Positions 19,146-28,750 of a stretch of 64,000 nt of DNA are shown piece by piece. The DNA is taken from IMG/VR virus record IMGVR_UViG_2660238657_000001, positions 96,001-160,000 of that record; one strand, written 5' to 3'. Under the pieces are notes generated by a model. The model was not told the origin of the DNA, did not search any database, and worked only from the letters and a program-made list of their open reading frames with translations. Source of the DNA: a virus. Taxonomy: Duplodnaviria; Caudoviricetes. Both the position numbers and the translations under genes were made by a program. Position 1 is the stretch's first letter. Each line of letters starts with the position of its first letter.

Positions 19146-19460
19146 TAATAACTATTTATAATTTTTAACTTTTGTTATATGTAAAATTGCTCCTAATACA
19201 TTGTATGAATTAATGTAAAGCGATGTTACTGTTATTTTAAGTGAATTTATGAAGTTATTTCTTGGACAAGCATGGGTTTTTACGGAGGGAGTTTCAAAAA
19301 TTGTCCCTCCCCTATCAACCCCTCGGGACTCATATTCATTCGTCCTTTTCAATCGAAAAACAAGAATGGCTTGAATAGTGGCTTTAGAGTGTGTTAATTC
19401 ATATTACTGTAGTTCTATGCTATAGCATATGTTATGGTATATGATATTGTTACAGTTTAA

Positions 19461-20108
19461 TTATAAAAATATCTTAGGGAAATCGTTTAAATCAAGGTCT
19501 ATTTTTTTATAATTAATATCATTATTAAATTCAAAATCTTTTTTATGAACTACACTATCTATAATTATCAACTCAGGAAATTCACCTTCACATATATTTT
19601 GTATTTCATTAGTTGGATACAACATATCATATTTTTTGAAATTATCATCATTATGATTAACAACAACTTCAATAAGGTTGTAATATATTTTTTCATTAAA
19701 TTTAAATATACAAAATCCATCGGATCTTACTGTACCATTCATCCAATATTGATTAGGTCTAAAATAAATAATATCTGCACCACTATAGATTAATTCAGCT
19801 TGATAATCCAATATCGTTACATCATGTAAGCTAGGTCTAAGATTCTTATTTTTTTTAGTATCAAATATATAAATGTTTCGATTATTAAATTTTTTAGTTT
19901 TATAAACTCTTAGATACTCAGCTTCAACCATTCTATTTAAACGTCTTCTAGCAATAGCCTCACCTTGACTAGAAGATTTATAAAATATCTTTGATATTTG
20001 TTTTGCTGTACAAAATCTACTTTGTTCTATATATCTTAAAATCGCTTTATCGTATTTCCCTGTCAATCTAACTAACATTTTAATTATCTCCCTTCTTATC
20101 GTTTTCAT
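19461..20108 (-). CDS. Replication-relaxation family protein
   Basis: N-terminal wHTH (TAKQISKIFY..ARRRLNRM), H, then RSDG and LIEV nuclease-like motifs; coupled to FtsK gene. Confidence 0.7.
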   Translation of the reverse strand: MKTIRREIIKMLVRLTGKYDKAILRYIEQSRFCTAKQISKIFYKSSSQGEAIARRRLNRMVEAEYLRVYKTKKFNNRNIYIFDTKKNKNLRPSLHDVTILDYQAELIYSGADIIYFRPNQYWMNGTVRSDGFCIFKFNEKIYYNLIEVVVNHNDDNFKKYDMLYPTNEIQNICEGEFPELIIIDSVVHKKDFEFNNDINYKKIDLDLNDFPKIFL

Positions 20109-21990
20109 TTTTATGATTTTTCTTATACTTTTCAGATTGCTTAAATACTATATCTGTTTCATCTATTATATTTACATCTGGCTTAGGTGGCTCATACGGA
20201 ACAAAATTGGGTATTCTCTTTATATTTTCTTTTATAATGTCCTCTTTATTTTTAGACTTAACTGTATTAACTTTATTGAAATTGGAATCTATATTAGGAT
20301 TCTGAGTAGGTTTGTTGCCTGTAGATTTAATATTAGGCTGAGTAATATTTGTATCATCTTTCTTGTCTTTAGAAATTGGTTTAGGCGTAGGTGTTATAGG
20401 AGTAATATCTATATTATTTTGACTATCGCCTTGATTATATTGATTAGGGAATTCAATGATTTTGCCTTTAGATTTTGATATATCTTCTGATTTTTTACTA
20501 TGTTTATTAATTTTATCCATTTGAATTTTAATTTGATTTATCTTTTCTTTGAATTGGACTTCTCTATCTTTAGATTTAGAATGCCTATCATTTTTAGCTA
20601 CTTTACAATCACTAACATGATGAACATTAGAACTCTCTTTTTTATTAGTCATACTCGGCTTTATATAGTTTAATATTCTACTTGATCCATTCTTATTTCT
20701 TAGATTAGTTGTATATAGATATCCTTCACCACTATTGGATATATAATAAGCTTTTCTAGGTTGTAAGGTGGTTACTAGTTTGCCTCTGTCTTCACCTAAA
20801 ACAATTCTCCCACATACTTCATCTTTAAATCCAAAACATATTCTAGTATTAGATTGATTTTTTAAGAAAGTAGGCATCAAGGATTTTTCAGGTTTTTGAT
20901 GAAGTATTATATAATTAACACCTAATGCACCTCCGTATTCAGCTATACTTTGTAAGATAGATATGATATGTGCTTTTACCTTAGAAGATTCTTTATCTCC
21001 TTCAGAATTGGCTATATCCATAAATTCATCTATTATTATATAAATATACGGTAATTTTTTATCAGGATTAAGTTTATTATAATCATATAGGTTGTCACCC
21101 TTGAAGTTATTTAACATAGATGACATTAGATCCATTCTTGCGCTCATTTCGGTCTTTAGTTCATTTAAAACTTCTAATAATTTATCTAAATCACTCATAG
21201 AAAAGCATTTTACTTGTTTACACTTTTGGTACTTACCTAAATCTCCTTTTGCAAATTGAAATAAATACAAATGTATATCATCTTCGCTACAATAGTAAAT
21301 CCAAGAAGGTATAGCATGATCGATACATCCGTTTTTACCCATTCTGGTAGCCCCTGCAATAAGCACCATAGGCTCTATATTCATATCAAATATTACAGGA
21401 TGTCCTCCCTCATCAACTCCTGCACAAACTTGATAAGGTTCAACCTCTACAGGTTCAAAAGGTATCTTATTGCAATTTTCTATTAGTATAAACTTAGCGT
21501 TAGCATATCTTTTATTACTAAATTTTTCTAATACAAAAGTACAGCCAACATTGTTTTGTATCACGGTCGTCTTATTATCTAAATCGTCTATGCAATATCC
21601 ATCTGGAATAAGTATTCTACAACTAAATCCATAATTCTCGTGTTTTAAATTAACTAGTGTAAATGTCTTTTTAAATGCATTGATAAACTTGCAATTAAAC
21701 ATTACATCTAGCCATCTTTCATTGAGATATTGTATTTCTTTATTTTTTCTATATTCTTCTTTTAACTTTGATTTGATATCTGATAATTTATCCTTAATAG
21801 ATAATTTATTGATAGTATTATTTTCAACTATTTCATATTTGGGTTGCTTTAGTAGAGATTTGCCTATTTCCTTTCTATCTCTTACAACTATCTGAGACTT
21901 GCCTATATCAATCATTTTATTTTTATCCTGTTGAGTAAGTTTTTTATTTTTTATATGCATGAATACGAATTTCATATCATCACCTATCAA
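20080..21990 (-). CDS. FtsK/SpoIIIE-family ATPase
   Basis: Walker A-like AGATRMGKN, Walker B IIIDEF, ILHQKP, NTRICF; low-complexity C-terminal tail. Confidence 0.85.
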   Translation of the reverse strand: MIGDDMKFVFMHIKNKKLTQQDKNKMIDIGKSQIVVRDRKEIGKSLLKQPKYEIVENNTINKLSIKDKLSDIKSKLKEEYRKNKEIQYLNERWLDVMFNCKFINAFKKTFTLVNLKHENYGFSCRILIPDGYCIDDLDNKTTVIQNNVGCTFVLEKFSNKRYANAKFILIENCNKIPFEPVEVEPYQVCAGVDEGGHPVIFDMNIEPMVLIAGATRMGKNGCIDHAIPSWIYYCSEDDIHLYLFQFAKGDLGKYQKCKQVKCFSMSDLDKLLEVLNELKTEMSARMDLMSSMLNNFKGDNLYDYNKLNPDKKLPYIYIIIDEFMDIANSEGDKESSKVKAHIISILQSIAEYGGALGVNYIILHQKPEKSLMPTFLKNQSNTRICFGFKDEVCGRIVLGEDRGKLVTTLQPRKAYYISNSGEGYLYTTNLRNKNGSSRILNYIKPSMTNKKESSNVHHVSDCKVAKNDRHSKSKDREVQFKEKINQIKIQMDKINKHSKKSEDISKSKGKIIEFPNQYNQGDSQNNIDITPITPTPKPISKDKKDDTNITQPNIKSTGNKPTQNPNIDSNFNKVNTVKSKNKEDIIKENIKRIPNFVPYEPPKPDVNIIDETDIVFKQSEKYKKNHKNENDKKGDN

Positions 21991-22172
21991 AATAAATTTT
22001 TATCTTCAAGACTTTTGCTTATATTTTTGTCTAATCTCTTAGCCTTTTTGATCCTAGATGTTAAATCGGCATATTTAAAGTTGTTTTTGTTACCAATTTT
22101 AGTTAATGATATATAACATATCATTCCGATTGACCAACCACCTATTAATAACCCGTAAGGCACGAAAATCAA
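21987..22172 (-). CDS. Small membrane protein heading the FtsK operon
   Basis: One TM segment + basic tail; overlaps FtsK start; AAGGAG RBS. Confidence 0.6.
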   Translation of the reverse strand: MIFVPYGLLIGGWSIGMICYISLTKIGNKNNFKYADLTSRIKKAKRLDKNISKSLEDKNLF

Positions 22173-22322
22173 CTCCTTAATGTTTATTTTCTATATCTTA
22201 TACTATATGCTATGACATATGCTTTAAAAGTGTGACACGGTTATTATGAATAATAAAATTTCTTTTGCAAAAGATATATCTAAAAATATATTAGGCTAAA
22301 TCATATTAAAGGACGTGATGAT

Positions 22323-22955
22323 TTGAGATCTATTAAAAGATTTATTAATAACTTGAGATTACTATGTTGTGGGATACTTTTAATAATGTTGTATAATCAT
22401 ATAGAAAAAATACAACAATTAATAATTAATCTATTTAAGCTAGGCATAAATTTGGTCATAATAGTGGGAGGCTTTTATATTTTATTGAAATTTACTAAGT
22501 GGATTTATTATGCTTACAGGTGGAGATATACAGACTATACATGTTTTGATATCTCAAGGAAGATAAAGGGTATGTCACCTAGAGAATTTGAAGTATTTGT
22601 AGCAAACCTCTTTACACAATTAGGATATAATGCTAAAGCAACTGTAGAAACATGCGATGGTGGTAAAGATGTTATAGCTACAAATAATAAAGAAAAAATA
22701 TATATAGAATGTAAGCATTGGAATATGAATAATTTGATAGGAAGAGAAATATTACAAAAGTTAGTTGGAAGTGCAATTGGAGACGATGCTACAAGAGCAA
22801 TAGTTATAACCACTAGTAAATATAATAAAAACGCTTTAGAATATGCTGAAAAAGTACCTTGGTTAGAGCTATGGACTATGAAAGATATTATAAAAGCACT
22901 AAATAAAATAGAAGATAATAAAAAGGGATACGTAGTGAACTGCTTAGAAGGGTAA
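22323..22955 (+). CDS. Membrane-anchored Mrr_cat-type restriction endonuclease-like protein
   Basis: Two N-terminal hydrophobic helices; EFEVFVANLF..GY, DGGKD, IECK motifs. Confidence 0.8.
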   Translation: MRSIKRFINNLRLLCCGILLIMLYNHIEKIQQLIINLFKLGINLVIIVGGFYILLKFTKWIYYAYRWRYTDYTCFDISRKIKGMSPREFEVFVANLFTQLGYNAKATVETCDGGKDVIATNNKEKIYIECKHWNMNNLIGREILQKLVGSAIGDDATRAIVITTSKYNKNALEYAEKVPWLELWTMKDIIKALNKIEDNKKGYVVNCLEG

Positions 22956-23059
22956 GATGCCCTTCTTTATTTTTTACATAAATTAGAGAATAGCTTAATC
23001 TAATACTTTGAATTACAATATATGCTAATTCGTGATATAATATTATTAGATTGATTACA

Positions 23060-23430
23060 AAAATAACTATGACATGAGGTTGAATATAAAAAGAATACAA
23101 TATGACTAACATTTGAACATAATATGACTGTAGTATAAACATAGTTTAAATATAATTTAAATATTATTAGACTAATATAAGACTATAGTCAGACTATCAT
23201 ATAGATATAATTAGAAAATATTTTGAATAATATATGAAAAAAAGTACACATTTTCTAAGTAATATAGTATAATATAGTAAAGAAAGAAATAAACATGATA
23301 TGAATATATTTTAACTATAGTTTGACATAGGTTTGACTATAGTATGAATTAATAAAGAATGTATTATGAATATTTTTTTACATTACTGCGACTACTATTA
23401 GAATAAAAAAAGTCAGACTAAGATTGTAGT
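23060..23430 (+). repeat. tubC: tubC centromere-like iteron region
   Basis: Many ~12-bp phased degenerate repeats (TATGACTA/GACTATAG/TTGACATAG) directly upstream of tubR. Confidence 0.7.
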
Positions 23431-23452
23431 TAGAACAAGAGGTGATTGAAGA

Positions 23453-23698
23453 ATGGCAGTAAATAAAAATGAATATAAAATATTAATAATGCTTAAAGAA
23501 AATCAATGCACTACAGAATTAAAATCATTTACTTATACTAAACTCTGTAAGATTTCTGAATTATCTATGTCAACAGTACGACGAAGTATTAAAAAATTCT
23601 TAGAGTTGCAATACGTAAAAGAAGGCTGTAAACAAGGGATAAGTAAGACTTTTTATATTACACCAAACGGAATAGAAAAGTTAAAATCAATAATGTAA
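23453..23698 (+). CDS. tubR: TubR centromere-binding wHTH protein
   Basis: 81-aa wHTH immediately upstream of tubZ, as in phage c-st. Confidence 0.9.
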   Translation: MAVNKNEYKILIMLKENQCTTELKSFTYTKLCKISELSMSTVRRSIKKFLELQYVKEGCKQGISKTFYITPNGIEKLKSIM

Positions 23699-23715
23699 AA
23701 TAGGGGGAGTTATAA

Positions 23716-24786
23716 ATGAAAAATAGAATAGTTTTTGCACCAATAGGACAAGGTGGAGGAAACATAGTAGATACTTTATTAGGTGTATGTGGAGATTATA
23801 ATGCACTATTTATAAATACTAGTAAGAAAGATTTAGATTCATTGAAAAATGCAAAACATACTTATCATATACCTTTTGCAGAAGGTTGTGGGAAAGAAAG
23901 AAAAAAAGCCATTGGATATGCTCAAACTTATTATAAACAGATAATAGCTCAAATAATGGAGAAATTTTCTTCATGTGATATAGTTATATTTGTAGCAACA
24001 ATGGCAGGAGGAACTGGATCAGGTATAACACCTCCAATTTTAGGACTAGCAAAGCAAATGTATCCAAACAAACATTTCGGATTTGTAGGAGTTTTACCTA
24101 AAGATACGGAAGATATAGATGAACATACAAACGCTATATCTTGTTGGAACGATATCATGAAAAGTACTAATGATGGTAAAGATATATCAATATATTTACT
24201 AGATAATAACAAAAGAGAAAAAGAATCTGATATAAATAAGGAATTTGCTATGTTATTCAATGACTTTATGAATATGAGTGAGTCTCATGCTGAAGGTGTT
24301 GTTGACGAAGATGAAATAGGCAAATTATTAACAATGAAAAAGAGTAATGTAATATTAGAATTTGATGATAAAGAAGATATAAAAGTGGCGTTAGCTAAGA
24401 GTTTAAAAGAAAGTATATTTGCAGAATATACAACAAATACTTGTGAATTCATGGGAATATCTACTACAAGAGTCGTTGATGTTGAAGCAATTAAGAACAT
24501 AGTTGGATTACCAAGAAGAACATTTAAAGGATACAATAGTAAGAAAAATATAGTTGTGGCAACTGGTATAGAACCTCAAAAAACATCAATAGAAACGCTA
24601 AATTTAATTATAGAAGATAAAATGAAACAAAGAGAGGGTCAAACTTCAAATGAGGATATGGTTGTGAAGCCAGTAACTACAGAGCAAGAAGCTAGTCAGC
24701 CAATAGCCTCTCAAAATAAAGAAATAAGTATAGATAATGTTGAAAAAGAAATAGACATAAATGATTTCTTTAGTAAATATATGTAA
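23716..24786 (+). CDS. tubZ: TubZ tubulin/FtsZ-like partition GTPase
   Basis: GQGGGNI and GGTGSG tubulin signature; closely resembles c-st TubZ. Confidence 0.97.
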   Translation: MKNRIVFAPIGQGGGNIVDTLLGVCGDYNALFINTSKKDLDSLKNAKHTYHIPFAEGCGKERKKAIGYAQTYYKQIIAQIMEKFSSCDIVIFVATMAGGTGSGITPPILGLAKQMYPNKHFGFVGVLPKDTEDIDEHTNAISCWNDIMKSTNDGKDISIYLLDNNKREKESDINKEFAMLFNDFMNMSESHAEGVVDEDEIGKLLTMKKSNVILEFDDKEDIKVALAKSLKESIFAEYTTNTCEFMGISTTRVVDVEAIKNIVGLPRRTFKGYNSKKNIVVATGIEPQKTSIETLNLIIEDKMKQREGQTSNEDMVVKPVTTEQEASQPIASQNKEISIDNVEKEIDINDFFSKYM

Positions 24787-24790
24787 TACA

Positions 24791-24824
24791 AAAATAAGAG
24801 AGGACTAATCCTCTTTTATTTTTT
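24791..24824 (+). terminator. Intrinsic terminator after tubZ
   Basis: AAGAGAGG/CCTCTTTT hairpin + T-run. Confidence 0.65.
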
Positions 24825-24869
24825 ACTTTAATAGTACTTTAATCTCAATTTAAGTACTATTAAAGTAAA
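24822..24869. repeat. Perfect 18-bp inverted repeat upstream of tubY
   Basis: TTTACTTTAATAGTACTT-N12-AAGTACTATTAAAGTAAA. Confidence 0.85.
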
Positions 24870-25004
24870 TGTATGCATTGAAAATACTAGTGTGTATGAA
24901 TTTATATATATCTAACGCAGTTGAAAAAGCACGCCCATTAAAGCTTGTATTAAAGTTGTTTTGATTTACAATATAAGGTATAATTTGATTGAGGTGATAC
25001 TATT

Positions 25005-25736
25005 ATGAAGGAAGAAAATCTTAAATATGTAGATGTTGATTATTCTAATATTGATGAAGAACTTACTTATAAAACTCCTGAAGTTGCTGAAATCTTAAAT
25101 GAGAACGAAAGTACAATTAGATATTGGTGTGATTGTTTTAGTGATTATATTCATATAGAACGTGAAGGACGCAATAGAAAATTTACCAAAGAAAATATAG
25201 ATGATTTAGCATATACAAGAGAGCTACTTAAAAAAGAACGTCTTACAATAAAACAAGCACAAAAAAGATGGGAAGATTTAAAAAGAAATCCCTCATCAAG
25301 TACTAAAGTTGCTTCTATAAGAGAAATACCATCTCAAAATGAAGATATTCTAAATGAACAAGCATTATTAAAACTAGAAGAAATAAAAAAACAATTTTTA
25401 AAAGATATATCTATTCAAATTAACAATACTATTTCAGAACAGCTATCTGTAGCTTTGAACTCTCATAATGAAGCCTTAGAGCGAACTCAATCTGAATTAA
25501 AGGATTATATATCAGCCACAATTGAAGACAAGCTGGAGGCAAATATGGACAATCTAAAGGCACATATAGACGCTACTACAGAAAATACTAATAAGGAAAT
25601 CGAGAAAGTTTATAACAAAGATATAGAGTTAGTAAATAATCTGAAGAAACATATGGAAGATCGTAGAAAGCAAAACGAAGAACAAAACAAAGAGCAGGAC
25701 AAAAAGGGATTCTTCAGAAAATTGTTCAAGAGATAA
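25005..25736 (+). CDS. tubY: TubY: MerR-like HTH, coiled coil, amphipathic C-terminal membrane anchor
   Basis: EVAEILNENESTIRYW HTH; C-terminal KKGFFRKLFKR; follows tubZ. Confidence 0.9.
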   Translation: MKEENLKYVDVDYSNIDEELTYKTPEVAEILNENESTIRYWCDCFSDYIHIEREGRNRKFTKENIDDLAYTRELLKKERLTIKQAQKRWEDLKRNPSSSTKVASIREIPSQNEDILNEQALLKLEEIKKQFLKDISIQINNTISEQLSVALNSHNEALERTQSELKDYISATIEDKLEANMDNLKAHIDATTENTNKEIEKVYNKDIELVNNLKKHMEDRRKQNEEQNKEQDKKGFFRKLFKR

Positions 25737-25903
25737 TAAGGGGTAATAGAGTTTATCCCTATGTTTTTAGAACAAATGAAGATTAATTAAAATAAAACAT
25801 AAACATTGTAAATCATAAATTAGTATGATATACTATATGTAAGTTAAGAGAAATTAAGGAATCACAATATATCAAATAATTAAAGGTAAAGGGGAGTTTT
25901 ACA

Positions 25904-26089
25904 ATGAAAACTATAGCAATTAACTCACAACGTATGGCAGGTTGGTTAATGTTCAATAGATTCAATCTAGTAAGAATAGAATCTGATAAAAGAGATAATT
26001 CGAGAAATGTATATTTATTCAAAGATACTCAGGAATTAAGACAATGCATGAATAGATATAATGAGTTTAAAAGTATGATAGATGAGTAA
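25904..26089 (+). CDS. DUF5659-like small protein
   Basis: MAGWLMFNRF..VYLFKDTQEL pattern. Confidence 0.65.
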   Translation: MKTIAINSQRMAGWLMFNRFNLVRIESDKRDNSRNVYLFKDTQELRQCMNRYNEFKSMIDE

Positions 26090-26155
26090 AATTTTAAATT
26101 ATATTAAAAAATAATTAAAACAACATTAAAACAGCAATAGGCTAGGAGTGATATA

Positions 26156-26341
26156 ATGTACTATGTGATTAAAACTAAAAGGTTAAAAAATTATCTGTAT
26201 TCACTAGGATTTAATTTCAAGCAGTCTATAGATAAAACAGGTAGACAAAAATATATTTTCTTATTCAAAAACACAAATGAATTAAATATAGCTATCAATT
26301 TTTATCGCAATTTTAAAAATATATATATGAAGATAATTTAA
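26156..26341 (+). CDS. DUF5659-like small protein (paralog)
   Basis: LKNYLYSLGF..IFLFKNTNEL pattern. Confidence 0.65.
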   Translation: MYYVIKTKRLKNYLYSLGFNFKQSIDKTGRQKYIFLFKNTNELNIAINFYRNFKNIYMKII

Positions 26342-26344
26342 ATA

Positions 26345-26410
26345 TGCTATTGCAAAAACGCTTACGCTGTTCATCATATTTTGACCAGTCCAAGCGTTTT
26401 TGCAATAGCA
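26345..26410. repeat. Perfect 19-bp inverted repeat
   Basis: TGCTATTGCAAAAACGCTT-N28-AAGCGTTTTTGCAATAGCA. Confidence 0.9.
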
Positions 26411-26548
26411 CAAGCGAACAGTCCAAGCAAAAATGCAACAAGATTGAAGTGTATAAAAAGAAAAGTATTATAAAAAGAAAATATAATAAAAACAATTAGA
26501 GTTAGCCGAACAAGTTCGTGCTAACGTCAGCTCAAAATTTCAGGATAG

Positions 26549-27307
26549 GTGGGTAGTAGCATGATAAATAAAGAATATTACATTACATTAAAAAATGAAT
26601 TACATATCTCTAATAATATTACAAATGAAGAATTGGTAATATTGGCTTTAATAAAAAGGAATTATAGTCCAATTAAAGAAGTGTCTATTGCTAGTATTAA
26701 TATATTGATGAATTATATGTATATATTAAATAGGAATAGCAATATGATTAAAATAATTAAATCATCAATAAATGGTCTTATGTTTAAAGGATACATAAAA
26801 CAAATAATGGACTTACACTATAGTCCAATTGAATTTGACACTATTAAAAATTCAGATGTGTTCTACATTGAAATAGAAAATGATTTTGATAATTACTTTT
26901 GCATATATGACTATGATCTTGATAAGATATTCAATTACTTACATAATACAAATATAGATAGGTTTGCTTTTGTTAGGTATTACATAGCTATTCAGAGAGT
27001 AATTAATAATAACGCTAAGTTTGGATGGCTAACTCAAAGTTCTATTAAGAATATTATTAATCATAGCAAAACAATATCTAAATACAATAAGATACTTGCA
27101 GATGAATTAAATCTAATCATATATAACAATAACTATATCACTCAAGATAGACATTATTGTTCCACTTATTTTGGTAAGTATGGAGATGATATTAACTTTA
27201 ATAAACAGTTGCAAATAGAAATAGGTGCTAAAGGGTTAGTATATACTGATAAGATCAATAGCAATATTAAACGAAGCAATAACCAAAAGAAAAATTATTC
27301 AAATTAA
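26549..27307 (+). CDS. Hypothetical protein, possible tandem-wHTH replication initiator
   Basis: 252-aa ORF with two HTH-like segments, downstream of palindrome cluster; function inferred. Confidence 0.55.
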   Translation: MGSSMINKEYYITLKNELHISNNITNEELVILALIKRNYSPIKEVSIASINILMNYMYILNRNSNMIKIIKSSINGLMFKGYIKQIMDLHYSPIEFDTIKNSDVFYIEIENDFDNYFCIYDYDLDKIFNYLHNTNIDRFAFVRYYIAIQRVINNNAKFGWLTQSSIKNIINHSKTISKYNKILADELNLIIYNNNYITQDRHYCSTYFGKYGDDINFNKQLQIEIGAKGLVYTDKINSNIKRSNNQKKNYSN

Positions 27308-27330
27308 ATAAAAATTAGTTAAAATAATAC

Positions 27331-27359
27331 TTGACATAGTTGGAGAGAGGTGATAATAT
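27331..27359 (+). promoter_or_regulatory. sigma-A promoter
   Basis: TTGACA-N17-TAATAT with TG extension. Confidence 0.7.
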
Positions 27360-27570
27360 AATAAATGTAGACAGGAACGAAACGAATGTAACTGAAAAGT
27401 AATAATAAAGACAAATTAAAATAATTTAAAACAAACATAAAGTTTCTTCCAATAGGAACGAGAATAGAAAGGAGGATGATAAAATGACTTAAATCACAAG
27501 AAATTAGAAGTTGTATTGATAATAGTTAATAAAAATTAATTAAAATATATGAGGAAGGGATGATTGACCT

Positions 27571-28671
27571 ATGCAAATGATAGAAATATCAAAATTACAA
27601 CCACATCCAAGAAATCAAGAGTTCTTCGATGATATTCCCAAAGAAAGATGGGACGATTTTATAAAATCCATAGTAAGAAGAGGAGTAGTTGAAGCAATAG
27701 TAGTAACTCAAGACTTATTAATAGTAAGTGGGCACCAAAGAGTTAGAGCTTGTAAGGAGATTGGTATATTAGAAATACCATGTAGGATTACTCATTATCC
27801 AGAGGAAGATGAGAAATTACATATTCCAAAAGAAGATATGATATTAGAAGATTTGATATGTACGAACATCATGCAAAGAGGTGTAGGTAATGTAAATCCT
27901 ATGAAAATGGCTAGATGTATAAGAGAATTAGAAAGGATTTATGGGATTAAAAATGGTGGCAATAATTTTAGAGGAAATCAATATATTAGAGCGGATAGAT
28001 CGAATGCTGACACTTATAAAAAAACACAAGCAGATTTAGCCAAGCAAATAGGGATAGACCAAAGACAATTACAAAATTACAAAAAACTCAATGAACTTAT
28101 CCCTGAATTACAATCATTAGTTGAAACAGGTATGTTGAAATCTACCACGGCATATAAAATATGGGCTAAGTTACCACAGGATGAACAAGAAAAGTTTTTT
28201 AATGATATTGGTCAAGAAAAGATTAAACAGCTCACACAAAAGAAAACAGAACAAATTATAAGTGAGAAAAAGCAAATAGACGAGAAAAAATTAAGTGAAA
28301 GTAAAATTTATAACACTTTAAAGAATCAAAATAAAATTCAACAAAGGAAACCGATTTCTAATCAAGTTTTAAAATCATTAGCTATAAGAAGTAAAGGTTT
28401 TTGTGAAATATGTGGATGGGGTGGACAAGGATTAGAAAACATATTAGTTAATCATCATATACAGAAATATAGTGATACAAAAGATAATTCATTAAACAAC
28501 TTAATTATGATATGTCCTAATTGTCATGGAATGATACATACGTTAGAAAATTGTAATGATAATAATATTAAAAACAATATTCTGTATCACTTGAATGTTG
28601 AGGTGAGTGAAAAAATCCAATTTTATACTAAAGAATTAACAAATAAAAAAATGTGTCAATCAATATATTAA
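27571..28671 (+). CDS. ParB N-terminal domain + HTH + HNH endonuclease fusion
   Basis: IVSGHQRVRA (ParB box II); TQADLAKQIGI HTH; CEICG..HHI..NLIMICPNCH HNH. Confidence 0.8.
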   Translation: MQMIEISKLQPHPRNQEFFDDIPKERWDDFIKSIVRRGVVEAIVVTQDLLIVSGHQRVRACKEIGILEIPCRITHYPEEDEKLHIPKEDMILEDLICTNIMQRGVGNVNPMKMARCIRELERIYGIKNGGNNFRGNQYIRADRSNADTYKKTQADLAKQIGIDQRQLQNYKKLNELIPELQSLVETGMLKSTTAYKIWAKLPQDEQEKFFNDIGQEKIKQLTQKKTEQIISEKKQIDEKKLSESKIYNTLKNQNKIQQRKPISNQVLKSLAIRSKGFCEICGWGGQGLENILVNHHIQKYSDTKDNSLNNLIMICPNCHGMIHTLENCNDNNIKNNILYHLNVEVSEKIQFYTKELTNKKMCQSIY

Positions 28672-28750
28672 AATATAACATTAGAATTTAGCGATATTGT
28701 ATAAAAAATTGATTTAAATAATAAAAAATAGATAAAGAAGGGATGATTCA

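Noticed and set aside
19152-19352. 66-aa ORF in the track
   Set aside because: No RBS, TTG start, overlaps the GC-rich candidate cis site
26507-26518. LexA box CGAACAAGTTCG
   Set aside because: Only 2 nt between GAAC and GTTC (4 required); it is the tip of a hairpin
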